Shown here: piece by piece, positions 40,371-52,816 of the stretch
How the letters are laid out: the number at the start of each line of letters is the position of its first letter
Numbering within the stretch: position 1 is the stretch's first letter
Origin: Octopus vulgaris
Lineage: Eukaryota
DNA: 64,000 nt
Assembly (NCBI GenBank): GCA_951406725.2
Contig: OX597822.1
Span: forward strand, 41,168,001 to 41,232,000
Reading direction: 5' to 3'
The notes under the pieces: model-generated
The model's database searches: none
Told to the model about the DNA's origin: nothing
The model's input: the letters and a program-made list of their open reading frames with translations, nothing else
Position numbers and translations under genes: made by a program

Positions 40371-40525
40371 ATAATATTTTTGTCTTCTTCATTGCTTGTG
40401 TGGTACATTTATGCATAACACACATACACACACACATATTATTTCATACACACACACATATACATATATATATATATCTACATATGTATATATATATATA
40501 TACATATATATTATTATGTATATAG

Positions 40526-40556
<31 letters not shown>

Positions 40557-40583
40557 CATACATACGTATCTATATACATACAT

Positions 40584-40623
<40 letters not shown>

Positions 40624-40678
40624 GTGTGTGTGTGTGTGTTATGCATAAATGTGCCACACAAGCAATGAAGAAGACAAA

Positions 40679-40686
<8 letters not shown>
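40371..40686. repeat. Fold-back palindrome with a microsatellite core
   Basis: ATAATATTTTTGTCTTCTTCATTGCTTGTGTGGTACATTTATGCATAACACAC is inverted at about 40633-40686. Confidence 0.9.
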
Positions 40687-40749
<63 letters not shown>

Positions 40750-40824
40750 CATATTAATATATATTAATATATGTATGTATATTAATATATTATATTAATA
40801 TAATGCACGCATACATACACACAT

Positions 40825-41005
40825 ATTCTTTTACTTGTTTCAGTCATTTGACTGTGGCCATGCTGGAGCACCACATTTAGTCGAGCAAATCGACCCCAGG
40901 ACTTATTCTTTGAAAGCCGAGTACTTATTGTATCGGTTCTTTTGCCGAACCGCTGCGTTACGGGGACGCAAACACATCAGCATCGGTTGTCAAGCTATGT
41001 TGGAC
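40825..41005 (-). mobile_element. SINE family A, 3' half
   Basis: Colinear with 2555-2750. Confidence 0.88.
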
Positions 41006-41427
41006 ACACACACACACACATACACACACACACACATACACACACACACACACACATACACACACACACATGCATGCATGCATACATACATACATACATA
41101 CATACATACATACATACATACATACATACATACATACATTAGTTTTTATTAAAGAACCAAAATCACTTCCCAGACTGTTACTCAGAGTTTCCCGTTACCA
41201 TTCGTAGGGCAGTTGTGATTATATTATCAGTATAATCTCAACTGTCCGACAAGCGGTAACGCGAAACTAAGTAAGTTTTTGAAGTGTTCTTCGGCTTCAG
41301 TAAAGGGTACTTTATTCAACGTTTGGTATGCGAGTACTATTAATTCCAGCATGTCTTGCATCTATGTGCTTACTTATGCGCGTGTATGTGTGAGTGCGTG
41401 TGTGTATGTGTGTGTGTCTATATGTGT

Positions 41428-41692
41428 GTGAAGGCACGTGGCTTAGAGGTTGGGGCTTTCGGCTCACGATTATAACGTCGTGAGTTCGATATCCTTCAGC
41501 AAGACACTTTATTTATCGTTGCTCCACTTTACTCACTTGGCAAAACGAGTTGCACCTGTAAGTCAAAAGAGACAGCCTTGTCACACTCTGTGTCACGTTG
41601 GATCTCCCCCAGAACTACGTTAAGGGTACACTAGCAGGCTGTTCCGTTTATCCGATCAACTGGAACCGTCGTCGTCGTAACCGACGGAGATA
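41428..41692 (+). mobile_element. SINE family B variant
   Basis: GGCACGTGGCTTAGAGG...GAGTTCGATATCC head and AGAACTACGTTAAGGGTACAC...CGTAACCGACGGAG tail. Confidence 0.8.
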
Positions 41693-41808
41693 CGGGCCAT
41701 GGATGAATGCATACAAGCATACACACCTGTATATGTGTGTGTGTGTGTGTTTTACGGTGTGTGTGTGTATACATACACACACACACACCGTAAAACACAC
41801 ACGCACAC

Positions 41809-41927
<119 letters not shown>

Positions 41928-41974
41928 AGTATGGCCGCAGTCTAATGACTGAAACAAATAAAAGACAAATGACG

Positions 41975-42350
41975 TAGCTTGTTTACCAACCACATGGTTA
42001 CGGGTTCAGTCTCACTGTCTGGCACCTTGAGCAAGTGTCTTCTACTATAGGTTCGGGGCGACCAAAGCCTTGTGAGTGGATTTGGTAGACGGAAACTGAA
42101 AGAAGCCCGTCGTATATATGTGTATATATATATGTATGTGTGTGTATACGTTTATGTGTCTGTATTTGTCCCCCCAACATCGCTTGACAACCGATGCTGG
42201 TCTGTTTACGTCCCTGTAACTTAGCGGCTCGGCAAAAGAGACCGATAGAATAAGTACTAGGCTTACAAAGAATAAGTCATGGGGTCGACTTGCTCGACTA
42301 AAGGCGATGCTCCAGCATGACCGCAGTCAAATGACTAACAAGTAAAAGAA
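41975..42350 (+). mobile_element. SINE family A, near full length
   Basis: Reverse complement of 2555-2950. Confidence 0.92.
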
Positions 42351-42611
42351 AATACCCGCATATAACAGCATTTTGAGGATATGTATGAATGAATTTATGT
42401 GTGTATTTGTGTGTACGTCTGTGTCTGTGTTTGTGTATGCGTGTGTCGTAACTTTGTGTGTATTGTTATACTTTCTCATATATGTGTGCGCGTGTACGCT
42501 TGCTTGTGTGTATGTGTACACACAGGACTTCATAATACCTTCGGAGTGTAGTATGGTCGTGTGTGCAACGTTTCTTAATACGCGTCCATATATGTATGAG
42601 TTTCTATATAC

Positions 42612-42660
<49 letters not shown>

Positions 42661-43228
42661 ACAGCCACATAACCCTACAATTACACCCACCCACCGTCAT
42701 AATTCTAGTTATTCCCTCTCTCTCCAAATCTTGTCATGTAATTCACCCCAAACTTACCAAACTCACTTCTCACTCTTTTACGTTTTACCGAAGTCAGCAG
42801 ATTTTCGGTTAACAATTCTCGCAGACTTTTCTCAGAAGAACCAACTTGACAAAAGTTAAATTAAATATTTAGGTTTTTTTGGGTTTTTTTTTAAAGTGAA
42901 AATGTTGTTTCACAGAGCTAGCAACATACTTACTATACTTACACCAAATTACTTCCTTTACCATTTATTTGAGAAACATAATAGCTGGAGTTTTCTTTTT
43001 GTTTATATTTTTATTTATATTTCCATAAACAAAACCTAAGGTGGTGGTGGTGGTGATTAGCAGAATCGTTAAAAGGTTCGGGAAAAAACACAGCTCGCAG
43101 AAGTGTCCTGAGTTCAAATCTCGCCGATATCATCATTGTATTTCATCATTCCAAATCCCAGAATTAGTCTTATCTAACTTTGGTATAGGGCTAGCAATTT
43201 TAAGAGAGGTGGGGATAGTCGATTATAT

Positions 43229-43555
43229 ATTTCTTTACTACCCACAAGGGGCTAAACACAGAGAGGACAAACAAACGGATTAAGTCGATTGTATCGACCC
43301 CAGTGCGTAACTGGTACTTATTTAATCGACCCCGAAAGGATGAAAGGTAAAGTCGACCTCGGCGGAATTTGAACTCACAACGTAGCGGCAGACGAAATAC
43401 GGCTACGCATTTCGCCCGGCGTGCTAACGTTTCTGCCAGCTCGCCGCCTTTATAGTCGATTATAGCGACCCCACTGCTCAATGAGTATTTTATTTTATCG
43501 ACCCCCCGAAAGGATGAAAGGCACAATATCGTCGGCGGAATTTGAGCTCAGAAGG
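43229..43555 (-). mobile_element. SINE family C, full copy (43229-43450) plus a partial copy
   Basis: Minus strand GGCGGCGAGCTGGCAGAAACG...GAGTTCAAATTCC...CTCTCTGTGTTTAGCCCCTTGTGGGTAGTAAAGAAAT. Confidence 0.9.
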
Positions 43556-43709
43556 TAAATAATATACCAATAAAGTTATGAGATCGATTCTCCTCTTTCT
43601 CTCTCTCTCCCCATCTCTACGCTTCGTTGCATGTGTGTTGTGACATTCAAATAACCTTCTTTGTCCAAGAAACGGGTTAGAAGCCAAGGAATATGGTTGG
43701 CATATATAG

Positions 43710-44030
43710 AAATATCTGATTTATGTGCTGTATGGAACAATTAAAAGAAGACTGATGGGATTGATGTGGTATACAAAACGGTTTTAAAAAGACCGATATG
43801 ATAGATGTACTGTGCGGAGCCGTTACAAAGACTGGTGTGACCGATGCGCTGTAAGGAACGTTTAAACAGACAAAAATGATCGATGGACTGCGCGGAACGT
43901 TCGAAAAAGACTCACGTCACTGATGCGCTGCACGGAAAGCTTAAAAAAGACTTATGTAGTTGATGTTCTGTATAGAAGGGTTAAATATGACTGATTTGAT
44001 TGAAGTGTCGTACGGAACAGTTAAAACAAG
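43710..44030 (+). repeat. Diverged tandem repeat of about 40 bp, about 8 units
   Basis: Consensus is approximately GACTGATGTGATTGATGTGCTGTACGGAACNGTTAAAAAA. Confidence 0.8.
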
Positions 44031-44231
44031 TTAAACAATAACAAAAGATAAATATTCTCAAATGAATTACAATGCTGTTTAGATTGCGATGGTGAGTCTT
44101 AATCTCAGATTTGTCCTGAGTAAGTTAATAACAAATAACCCCTGGGTATTGTTCCCCTGAAATGTCTACACGGAGACGAGGCAGGCCGACGAAGTAATCC
44201 CTATATATATTCATATACACTCATATACACG

Positions 44232-44547
44232 CGTGAAAGCGCGTGGCTTAGTGGTTAGGAGCATTCGGTTCGTGATCGGAAGGTCGTGAGTTCAATTCCC
44301 GGCGGCGCGTTGTGTCCTTGAGCAAGACACTTTATTTCACCTTGCTCCAGTCCACTCAGCTGGCAAAAATGAGTAGTACCTGTATTTCAAAGGGCCAGCC
44401 TTGTCACGCTGAATGTAACCCGAGAACTGCGTTAAGGGTACGCGTGTTTGTGGAGTGCTCGGCCACTTGCACGTTAATTTCACGAGCAAGCTGTTCGGGT
44501 GATCGTATCAGCTGGGACCCTCGTCGTCGCAACCGACGGAGTGCTCC
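44232..44547 (+). mobile_element. SINE family B variant, full length
   Basis: TGGCTTAGTGG A box, GAGTTCAATTCCC B box, TGTGTCCTTGAGCAAGACACTT segment and the family B tail. Confidence 0.88.
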
Positions 44548-44869
44548 TATATATATATATAATACGTTTACTGGGCTTAGAGAAAATAATAGAAGTAATT
44601 TGTTGAATAAAAATTTTATTTCTTAATATGGAGATGATCTACTTTTGGCATTAATCACAGTTTTTAATAGTTGTTAATGGAATTTTGAGTCATTCTTTAA
44701 GTAAAACCTCATTTAGCTATTTCACTGACGATGGTGGAAGGAAACCGCTTGATATTTGATTATATTGCGATCCAGTTATTGTTAGCGCTCAATCTAGTGC
44801 TCTTCGTACTAATTAGTTATGTGAATCGGCACATTACCGTCTCAGAACATTACATTACTATCAGAGCAC

Positions 44870-45520
44870 AATGATATACCATGGGATGGACATAATTAGA
44901 ATCAACCAAACTTCTCAGATAATCCTTGGCGTTAATTCTGCCATGTTGAATAACTAAAGGACCACGAAAATTCCGTAAAATTGTTGCTCAAATCATCACA
45001 GAGCCACCTCCAAGCTTTACACTAGGAGGGGCCATATAATCAAACTCAAAGACATGGATTCACTCTAATGTATAAAAAAAGGTGAATGAAAATTCATCAG
45101 AAAAGATAACATTGTTCTACCGAAGCAATGACCACTTCTAATAGTTTAGACACAATTTTTTTTTGCCTATCAATGTTATTGAGGTACAGGATAGAATTAG
45201 CTTTTACGGCCCTCTAATGGTATCCAACTAAACTGAACTTATGACAAATGGTTTTGGTTGACACAGGGCTGGCAAGGTAATTGCTTAGTTCTGCTGTCGC
45301 TTTTCTCTGATGTAGTTCCACGATTTTTAGATACAAAATGTTTTCCTGTTCTGCAGTCCTTTTCTTTGAACTTTGCTTTTCGTTCAGAATTGTGCTTCAA
45401 AGAGCTGGATTTACTTTATTTTTGAAAGGCCAACATGATTTTAGAGACTCTACTTCTCGAAGCACTAAATAATTCAGCAGTTTTAATGACTGAAGTTCTA
45501 GCCATCCGCGCTCCAGCAAT
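44870..45520 (-). pseudogene. Tc1-like transposase remnant
   Basis: Minus-strand broken frames give KHNSERKAKFKEKDCR, TAELSNYLASPVSTKT, VIFSDEFSF, VKLGGGSVMI and GPLVIQHGRINAKDYLRSL. These match the Tc1 VIFSDES, VKHGGGSVMVW and GxMNAxxY motifs. No ORF covering these motifs is in the supplied track. Confidence 0.75.
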
Positions 45521-45566
45521 TTTCCTTGATTGAAATTAATTAAGTCACACATTTTAACTTCTATAA

Positions 45567-45605
<39 letters not shown>

Positions 45606-45699
45606 CGGAAACACCAAAAAGGAAGCACAAGGTATATATAATGCAGGTGGACACATAGAGGCTTATATAGACGACAACAGTTTTGAATTTGTCACATTC

Positions 45700-46252
45700 T
45701 TTTCTACTCTCGGCACAGGGCCCGAAATTTTGGGGGAGGGAGCCAGTCGATTATATCGACCCCGAAAGGCAAAGTCGACCGCGGCAGAATTTGAACTAAG
45801 AACGTAAAGACAGACGAAATACCTATTTCTTTACTACTTACAAGGGGTTAAACATAGAGGGGAAAAACAGGGACAGACAAACAGATTTTATCATTATTGT
45901 ATATGTTTTTATATATTATTTTATTCTAAGTAACCGGTACTTAATTTATCGACCCCGAAAGGATGAAAGGCAAAGTCGACCTCGGTGGAATTTGAACTCA
46001 GAACGTAGCGGCAGACGAAATACCTACATCTTTACTACCCACAAGGGGCTAAACACAGAGGGGACAAACAATGACAGACAAACGGATTAAGTCGATTACA
46101 TCAACTCCAGTGCGTAACTGGTACTTAATTTATCGACCCCGAAAGGATGAAAGGCAAAGTCGACGATCGGCGGAATTTGAACTCAAGCGGCAGACGAAAT
46201 ACGCCTACGCATTTCGCCCGGCATGCTAACGTTTTTGCCAGCTCGCCGCCTT
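45700..46252 (-). mobile_element. Three tandem, partly truncated SINE family C copies
   Basis: AAAGGCAAAGTCGAC...AATTTGAACT...CAGACGAAATAC occurs three times, with CTTTACTAC..ACAAGGGG.TAAACA.AGAGGGG tails between. Confidence 0.9.
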
Positions 46253-46726
46253 TTCAATTTGCCATATTGCCTACAGAAAAAATAGTTTTAAAAAAAGTGG
46301 TGTTTGTATGCTCGTATTATAATAATTCATTGTATAACCGCGAAATATTTAATTATTTCGAGTAGTTATTTGTTCAGTATCTTCGCTTGAGTAAAACGAT
46401 TAAACATATTTTAAACAGGATGATATTTTACTAACAAAATATCTTTAAGACACTGTTAGCATTCATTTCAGGTTTTAATTATATTTTTGTAGATAGAATT
46501 CATTAATTGAATAATTTGAATTAAATCACACTCTCACAGTCTCAAAGCCTGTCTCAGAAGGCTTTGCTCGGTCCGGGGCTTTAGTAGATAAGACTTGCCC
46601 AAGTTGCCACACGGCAGGACTGAACATAGAACCATGTGGTTGAGAAGCTATCTTCTTACCACACAGCCACGCCATCACCTTCGTACTACGCACCCACGCC
46701 TACGCCCAAGCCTCGATATATATATG

Positions 46727-46812
<86 letters not shown>

Positions 46813-46829
46813 CATACATAAATACATAC

Positions 46830-46887
<58 letters not shown>

Positions 46888-47298
46888 CTATATGATTATA
46901 TATCTGTCTGTTTGTGTGCATTGTATGTGACAATCTGTTAAATATACGGTATAACGCGATGAAATGATATGTCTGTCTAAAATCTTATCAAGATATTCTA
47001 AATGTCCCTTTCTCTTCCACCATCTACTCCTAAACATTCTTCTCCGCCCCCCACCCCCACCCCTGTATAAATGCTCCGAACTGCTCAGAGACAAATACGA
47101 GTCTGTTGATAGACAGGAAATTCTTAAACAACCACTTTTATTATCGTGAGAATACATAAGCCGGTTGTATATTTAGGTTGAAGTTTGATAATATGTGGGT
47201 ATTTAATTTAAAATTTTGAAACATGTATCCCTTGCAGATACAAGCATACATTCACACACACAGTCATAGTCACACGCACACACACACACACACACACG

Positions 47299-47335
<37 letters not shown>

Positions 47336-47453
47336 ATACATGCACATGTACATAAATATATACACTCGCACGAGCACGCACATATACATATATAATATGC
47401 ACGTTTGCATATGGATATACAAATATACGTCTATGCAGATATGTATGCTCAGA

Positions 47454-47687
47454 CAGTAATCCCTCGCCATATCGCAGTTCACCTATCGCGGTTCACCTAT
47501 CGCGGTTTATTATTTAAGCTTACGTCGATTCCTCTGTGATACTGTTTTACATTTATAATAAAATAAATATATACAAATTATAAAAATAATAAAAATATAC
47601 AGTATTTTATTGTTTCCACTTCGCGGATTTTCCCCCATCGCGGTGGAGTTTGGAACGAAACACCCGCGATAGACAAGGGATTACTGC
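47454..47687 (+). mobile_element. pogo/Tigger-like MITE
   Basis: TIRs CAGTAATCCCTCG and CAAGGGATTACTG, with internal TATCGCG repeats. A second copy lies at 27525-27720. Confidence 0.75.
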
Positions 47688-47710
47688 ATATTTAATATAC
47701 ACACATACAC

Positions 47711-48218
47711 AAGTTCAGGTTTATACCTGTTATTATTAGGGCCCTGGGATATGTAACACACTGCCTAGATACCAATCTTGAGAAATTAGGCTTCTCAAAA
47801 CCAGAAAGGAGAAAGCTAATTCGAAGACTACAGATCCAATCCATCACTGGAACTGTAAAAATCTGTAAAACTCTCCAGAAGTTTATCATATATATGAGCA
47901 TGTCTACATATGCAACTATATGCATGAGAATACAGACATAAAACATACAAATCTATAATACATACATACAGACAGACAGACAGACATGCATGCATGCATA
48001 CATACATACATACATACATACATACATACATACATACATACATACATACATGCATACATACATACATACATACATACGTACATACATACATACATACATA
48101 CATACATACAAAAATACACTGTTGTTGATGTTGAAATTCCAATGAAGGAGCCTTGGATCTAGGTTAGAAACCGGTTCTTTCTCTATTGGCAAGAAATCTT
48201 GAAATAAACCGAATAATC
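47711..48218 (+). mobile_element. 3' end of a restriction-like-endonuclease (R4/Dong-type) non-LTR retrotransposon
   Basis: Frame from 47711: KFRFIPVIIRALGYVTHCLDTNLEKLGF...LQIQSITGTVKICKTLQKF, matching the IPVVIGALG...Q...GT..I C-terminus of RLE elements. The 3' UTR has internal (CATA)n, AATAAA and a CATA tail. Confidence 0.7.
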
Positions 48219-48887
48219 ACATACATACATATTAATATTACACACATACATCACACACATAGATGCATGTATGTGTGTATATGTACATGTATAAATAATT
48301 ACATTGATATATGCATGTTATATATGTATACATACTGTGATTGATACATACATACATACATACATACATACATACATACATACATACATACATACATACA
48401 TGCATGCATACATACATAGACTGATAGATTGATTGATTGTAGTATTGGAAGCAGAACTAATCATTGCTCATTAAAATTTCCAATTTCCGCATCTCTACAC
48501 CTTTGCTGCTGTGCTACAAATATTCAATCTCCATCGCATTCAGTTAAATATTGCGATATCGCAATAAACTTTTTACATCGTCTTTACTTAGTTTTCATAA
48601 AAAAAGCGCGTCTATAAACATTTCTTAAAATTTCTTAAAGCTAGTCGCTTTAATGATATGGAAATAAGTATCGAATCTATTTCACATAGTTTGTACTCAC
48701 CCCTTTAGTTAAACAGGGTTTCAGAAATCTCTTATATAGACTGTACGCAGTTTTAATGATTCCTCCCAAAATTCATAAACAGGTACGAGATATTCAACAA
48801 TAGGTTTGATATTTTAGAAGTTTCGTAAACAACAGGTGCCGTCCACGCTACAAAATATGCATGTAATATATATATATATATATATAT

Positions 48888-49192
48888 ATCGTGACGCATA
48901 TTTGCCATTTGAATATGGCTAACCCCTAAGGGTGGATGCTACTGTAGTTTGTAGCCCCAGGAAGACACCTCCTCCAGCTGGCTATAGACACACTTTCTGT
49001 GCCCTATCAGTATTTGTGAAGGGAAGTCATCCTTCCCGTCTTCAACTTATGATACACACGGACTCGAGTTTCCTGGGGCTACAAACTACAGTAGCATCCA
49101 CCCTTAGGGTTTAGCCATATTCAAATGGCAAATATACGTCACGATGTGTTACCGCTACTGTTTATAACTCGCTCTGAGATTTATCATTGTTA
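48888..49192. repeat. Fold-back insertion flanked by (TA)n
   Basis: 48888-48963 is inverted at 49070-49145 with few mismatches, followed by an unpaired tail to 49192. Confidence 0.9.
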
Positions 49193-49214
49193 TATATATA
49201 TATATATATATATA

Positions 49215-49380
49215 TACCACGAGTTATTTTATTCTCTCTCTGTTTATTTCATCTTGTTCGTTTCTGTTGAAGAGCGTAGGCTCGAAACGTAAAGGACTTT
49301 CTCACATTCCCGAGCGTCAAACTAATACACCTGCTTCTTGTTCATATACCTGTCTTCGTCCTTTGTTTTTCGGCAAACTT
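49215..49380 (+). mobile_element. 3' end fragment of the Neptune-type PLE family with a hammerhead-like motif
   Basis: TTTCTGTTGAAGAGCGTAGGCTCGAAACGTAAAGGAC...ACCTGTCTTCGTC is homologous to 9600-9760. A more decayed copy lies at 51555-51750. Confidence 0.8.
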
Positions 49381-49394
49381 TAGCTACACTCATT

Positions 49395-49612
49395 TCTCTT
49401 TTACTTGTTTCAGCCATTTGACTGCGGCCATGCTGGAGCACCGCCTTTAGTCGAGCAAATCGATACCAGGACTTATTCTTTGTAAGCCTAGTACTTATTC
49501 TATCGGTCACTCTTGCCGAACCGCTAAGTTACGGGGACCTAAACACACCAGCATCGGTTGTCAAGTGATGTTGGGGGGACAAACACAGATGCACAAACAT
49601 ATACATACACAC

Positions 49613-49661
<49 letters not shown>

Positions 49662-49832
49662 TATATTCGAGGGGCTTCTTTTAGTTTCCGTCTACCAATT
49701 CCACTCACAAGGCTTTGGTCGGCCCGAGGCTATAATAGAAGACACTTGTCCAAGGTGCCACGCAGTGAGACTGAACCCGGAACCATGTGGTTAGTAAGCA
49801 AGCTACTTACCATGCTCCCACTCCTGCGCCTA
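49395..49832 (-). mobile_element. SINE family A, full length
   Basis: Colinear with 2555-2970. Confidence 0.92.
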
Positions 49833-49834
49833 TG

Positions 49835-49879
<45 letters not shown>

Positions 49880-49901
49880 ACAAACATATATATTAATATA
49901 G

Positions 49902-50228
49902 AAAAAAGACAAGAGGAAAATTTGACATGCCTATATATAATTTAAAAAACGTGTAGCAAATAAACAAACGAATATATACTAAATACGCAGGTGAACAGAA
50001 AACACGGTCACCAACTTCTCATTAGTGATAAGCCAGACGGTCGAACGCAATTTCGGCCATCATCGATAAAATTACATTTGGCCTTCTGGCCGATAATTGA
50101 TGAGGAGTTGGTGACCTTCTGTATTTTCTGTTCGCCTGTATATTTGGTATATCTTCGTTTGTGTTATTTGCTTCAGGTTTTTTTAAAAATTATATATAGG
50201 TGTGTCAAATTTTCCGCTTGTTTTGTTC
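49902..50228. repeat. Diverged fold-back palindrome with arms of about 150 bp
   Basis: GGAAAATTTGACATGCCTATATATAATTT...GAACAGAAAA...GGTCACCAACTTCTCAT is inverted as ATGAGGAGTTGGTGACC...TTTTCTGTTC...AAATTATATATAGGTGTGTCAAATTTTCC. Confidence 0.8.
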
Positions 50229-50311
50229 GTTTTATTTAATCCTGAAAATATTATTTATGCAGCGTTTGCACTCCTTAATTTCTTACCGGTGTGTGTATGT
50301 ATGTGTGTGTG

Positions 50312-50343
<32 letters not shown>

Positions 50344-50471
50344 CGTGCGTGAGTCTGGGTGCGTGCGCGCGTGTGCATGGTTCAAAACTGTACAAAGAGA
50401 ACAAACAAAGCAGACAAATGAGAGAACATAAGGCGTATGTATGTATATATATACATATATATATATGTACA

Positions 50472-50505
<34 letters not shown>

Positions 50506-50645
50506 CATATATACATAAATATCTGCATATAAACACACATACATATACACACATATATGTGTATATACTACGTATGTATATATATATATATATATATATA
50601 TCGGTCATTTTAACTTATAGACAGATATATATATTTATATATACG

Positions 50646-50677
<32 letters not shown>

Positions 50678-51240
50678 CATACATATATGTATATATACAT
50701 ATATGTGTGTTTGCGTGTGTGTGTGTGGTGTATGTGCCGATCATATTGTATAATATTTAAAATTAAAAGAAAAATTACAAAATGTACTAGTCTCCGCATT
50801 CTTTGTAATTGTTCTAGAGTCTCCCTTCCGGCGATATTCAAAATCCAGTGAATCGAACCCGGATCAGAAGAATTATTGTGATATTGCTTACCTCAGGCGA
50901 TCCCTGGTGCTTCTTATTACTTGATGCTTGTCTATACCTGAGTGCTCTTTCGGTAACCGCTTAGATATTTTTTCCTGGATCGAAATTAAACTGGTAAACA
51001 CATTTTCGTCGAATGGTTGTTAAGTTCGACTCATCCACTGTAGTATAGTGCTTATATTGTTTTAAAATTTATGTATTATCTTATCAACAGGATCTTTTTT
51101 TCTTTTTTGTTTTTCAGTTATGGTGTTAATGCACTCATTAATCTATTCCTGAAATCTGCAGGAAACAGTTGTAATGAAGTGATATGTATCTAGCCTTTTG
51201 TTATTTCTCAATTTGTTTATATATTGTTTATATATATATT

Positions 51241-51285
<45 letters not shown>

Positions 51286-51333
51286 TTATATATATATGTC
51301 TCAATTTGTTTATACAGATATAGATATATAAAT

Positions 51334-51390
<57 letters not shown>

Positions 51391-51756
51391 CAGACAGATG
51401 ATTCTGGGATATCGTATAGATATAGATAGGTACACACACGCACACATATATACGTAGATACGTATATGTGTGTCTGTGTGTGTATACACACACATATATA
51501 TGTGTATATATGTTTGTACACAACCTGCACACATACACACACCGCATAGTAGCATGATGTGACCGTCTAATTGAGACACGCCTATTCTTTTCTCTCAATT
51601 TTTTCCCTTCTCACCTTTCCTTTCCGTAGAAGAGCATAAGAGCGAGGCGCTAAGGACTTCTTCCAGTTTTTCGAAACATCAATCTCATATACCCTGCTTA
51701 TTTGATTTTTTTCACCTCGTCTGCATGTTTATATTTTAATTTTTATACAGTATATA

Positions 51757-51992
51757 TATTGGGTTGTTGCATAATTATTGCAGCTTCTTTTCAACAAATA
51801 TCATTTAAAAAAAAACATTGACAATATTTAACAGAAACATTTTTAAATGACGGTCTAACCGTCTGCCAAAGCAAATGGGAAGCAGTAATTGAAGTAGATG
51901 GTGAATATGCTCCGGAATAATCATTTAAAGTTGTTTTTCTTACATGTTGTTGTGGAATAAAATTTGTTGAAAAACAGCCGCAATAATTATGT
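51757..51992 (+). mobile_element. Mariner-derived MITE
   Basis: TIRs TATTGGGTTGTTGCATAATTATTGCAGC and GCCGCAATAATTATG (right TIR truncated). The interior encodes KWEAVIEVDGEYAPE*, like a mariner C-terminus. Confidence 0.75.
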
Positions 51993-52029
51993 ATACATAC
52001 ATACATACATACATACATACATACATACA

Positions 52030-52063
<34 letters not shown>

Positions 52064-52076
52064 CATACATACATAG

Positions 52077-52112
<36 letters not shown>

Positions 52113-52115
<3 letters not shown>

Positions 52116-52347
52116 TTGGTTGGGACCCCCTTCGGTCATGACTGACCGTGGGTTTGCGCCTAGAAAGTTACCCTCCCAGGCACAAGTCTGGGCAAGATTG
52201 TTTATGGAAGACCAGCAGTCACCCATGCATACCGGCCTCCCCTCTCCACGCCACCAGTGTTAACCAAGGGAAAGGCAAAGGGACCGATACAGCTTGGCAC
52301 CTGTGACGTCGCAACTGAGTGAACTGGAGCAACGTGGAATAAAGTGG
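52113..52347 (-). mobile_element. Probable RTE-related SINE fragment
   Basis: The minus strand starts CACTTTATTCCACGTTGCTCCAGTTCACTCAG (shared with family B heads), then GGTGCCAAGCTG, and has a CCAACCAACC tail. It lies in (TA)n. Confidence 0.45.
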
Positions 52348-52459
<112 letters not shown>

Positions 52460-52599
52460 CTTAGGTATTGCGTGACCAATAACACGATATAGATGTTAAT
52501 ATACGGATATTTTAGAACGACGTGTTGGTGAGTATTGAGCGGTGGTTATAAGAAAGAGAGACGACGAAGGAATAAATGATTATCGGAAGACCTTCATTA

Positions 52600-52762
52600 G
52601 GCTGTGTGGTAAATAGTTTGCTTACCAACCACATGGTTCCGGGTTCATTCCTACTACGTGGTACATTGGGCAAGTGTCTTCTACTATAGCCTCGGGCCGA
52701 CCGAAGCCTTGTGAGTGGATTTGATAGACGGAAACTGAAAGAAGCCCGTCGTATATATGTAC

Positions 52763-52816
<54 letters not shown>

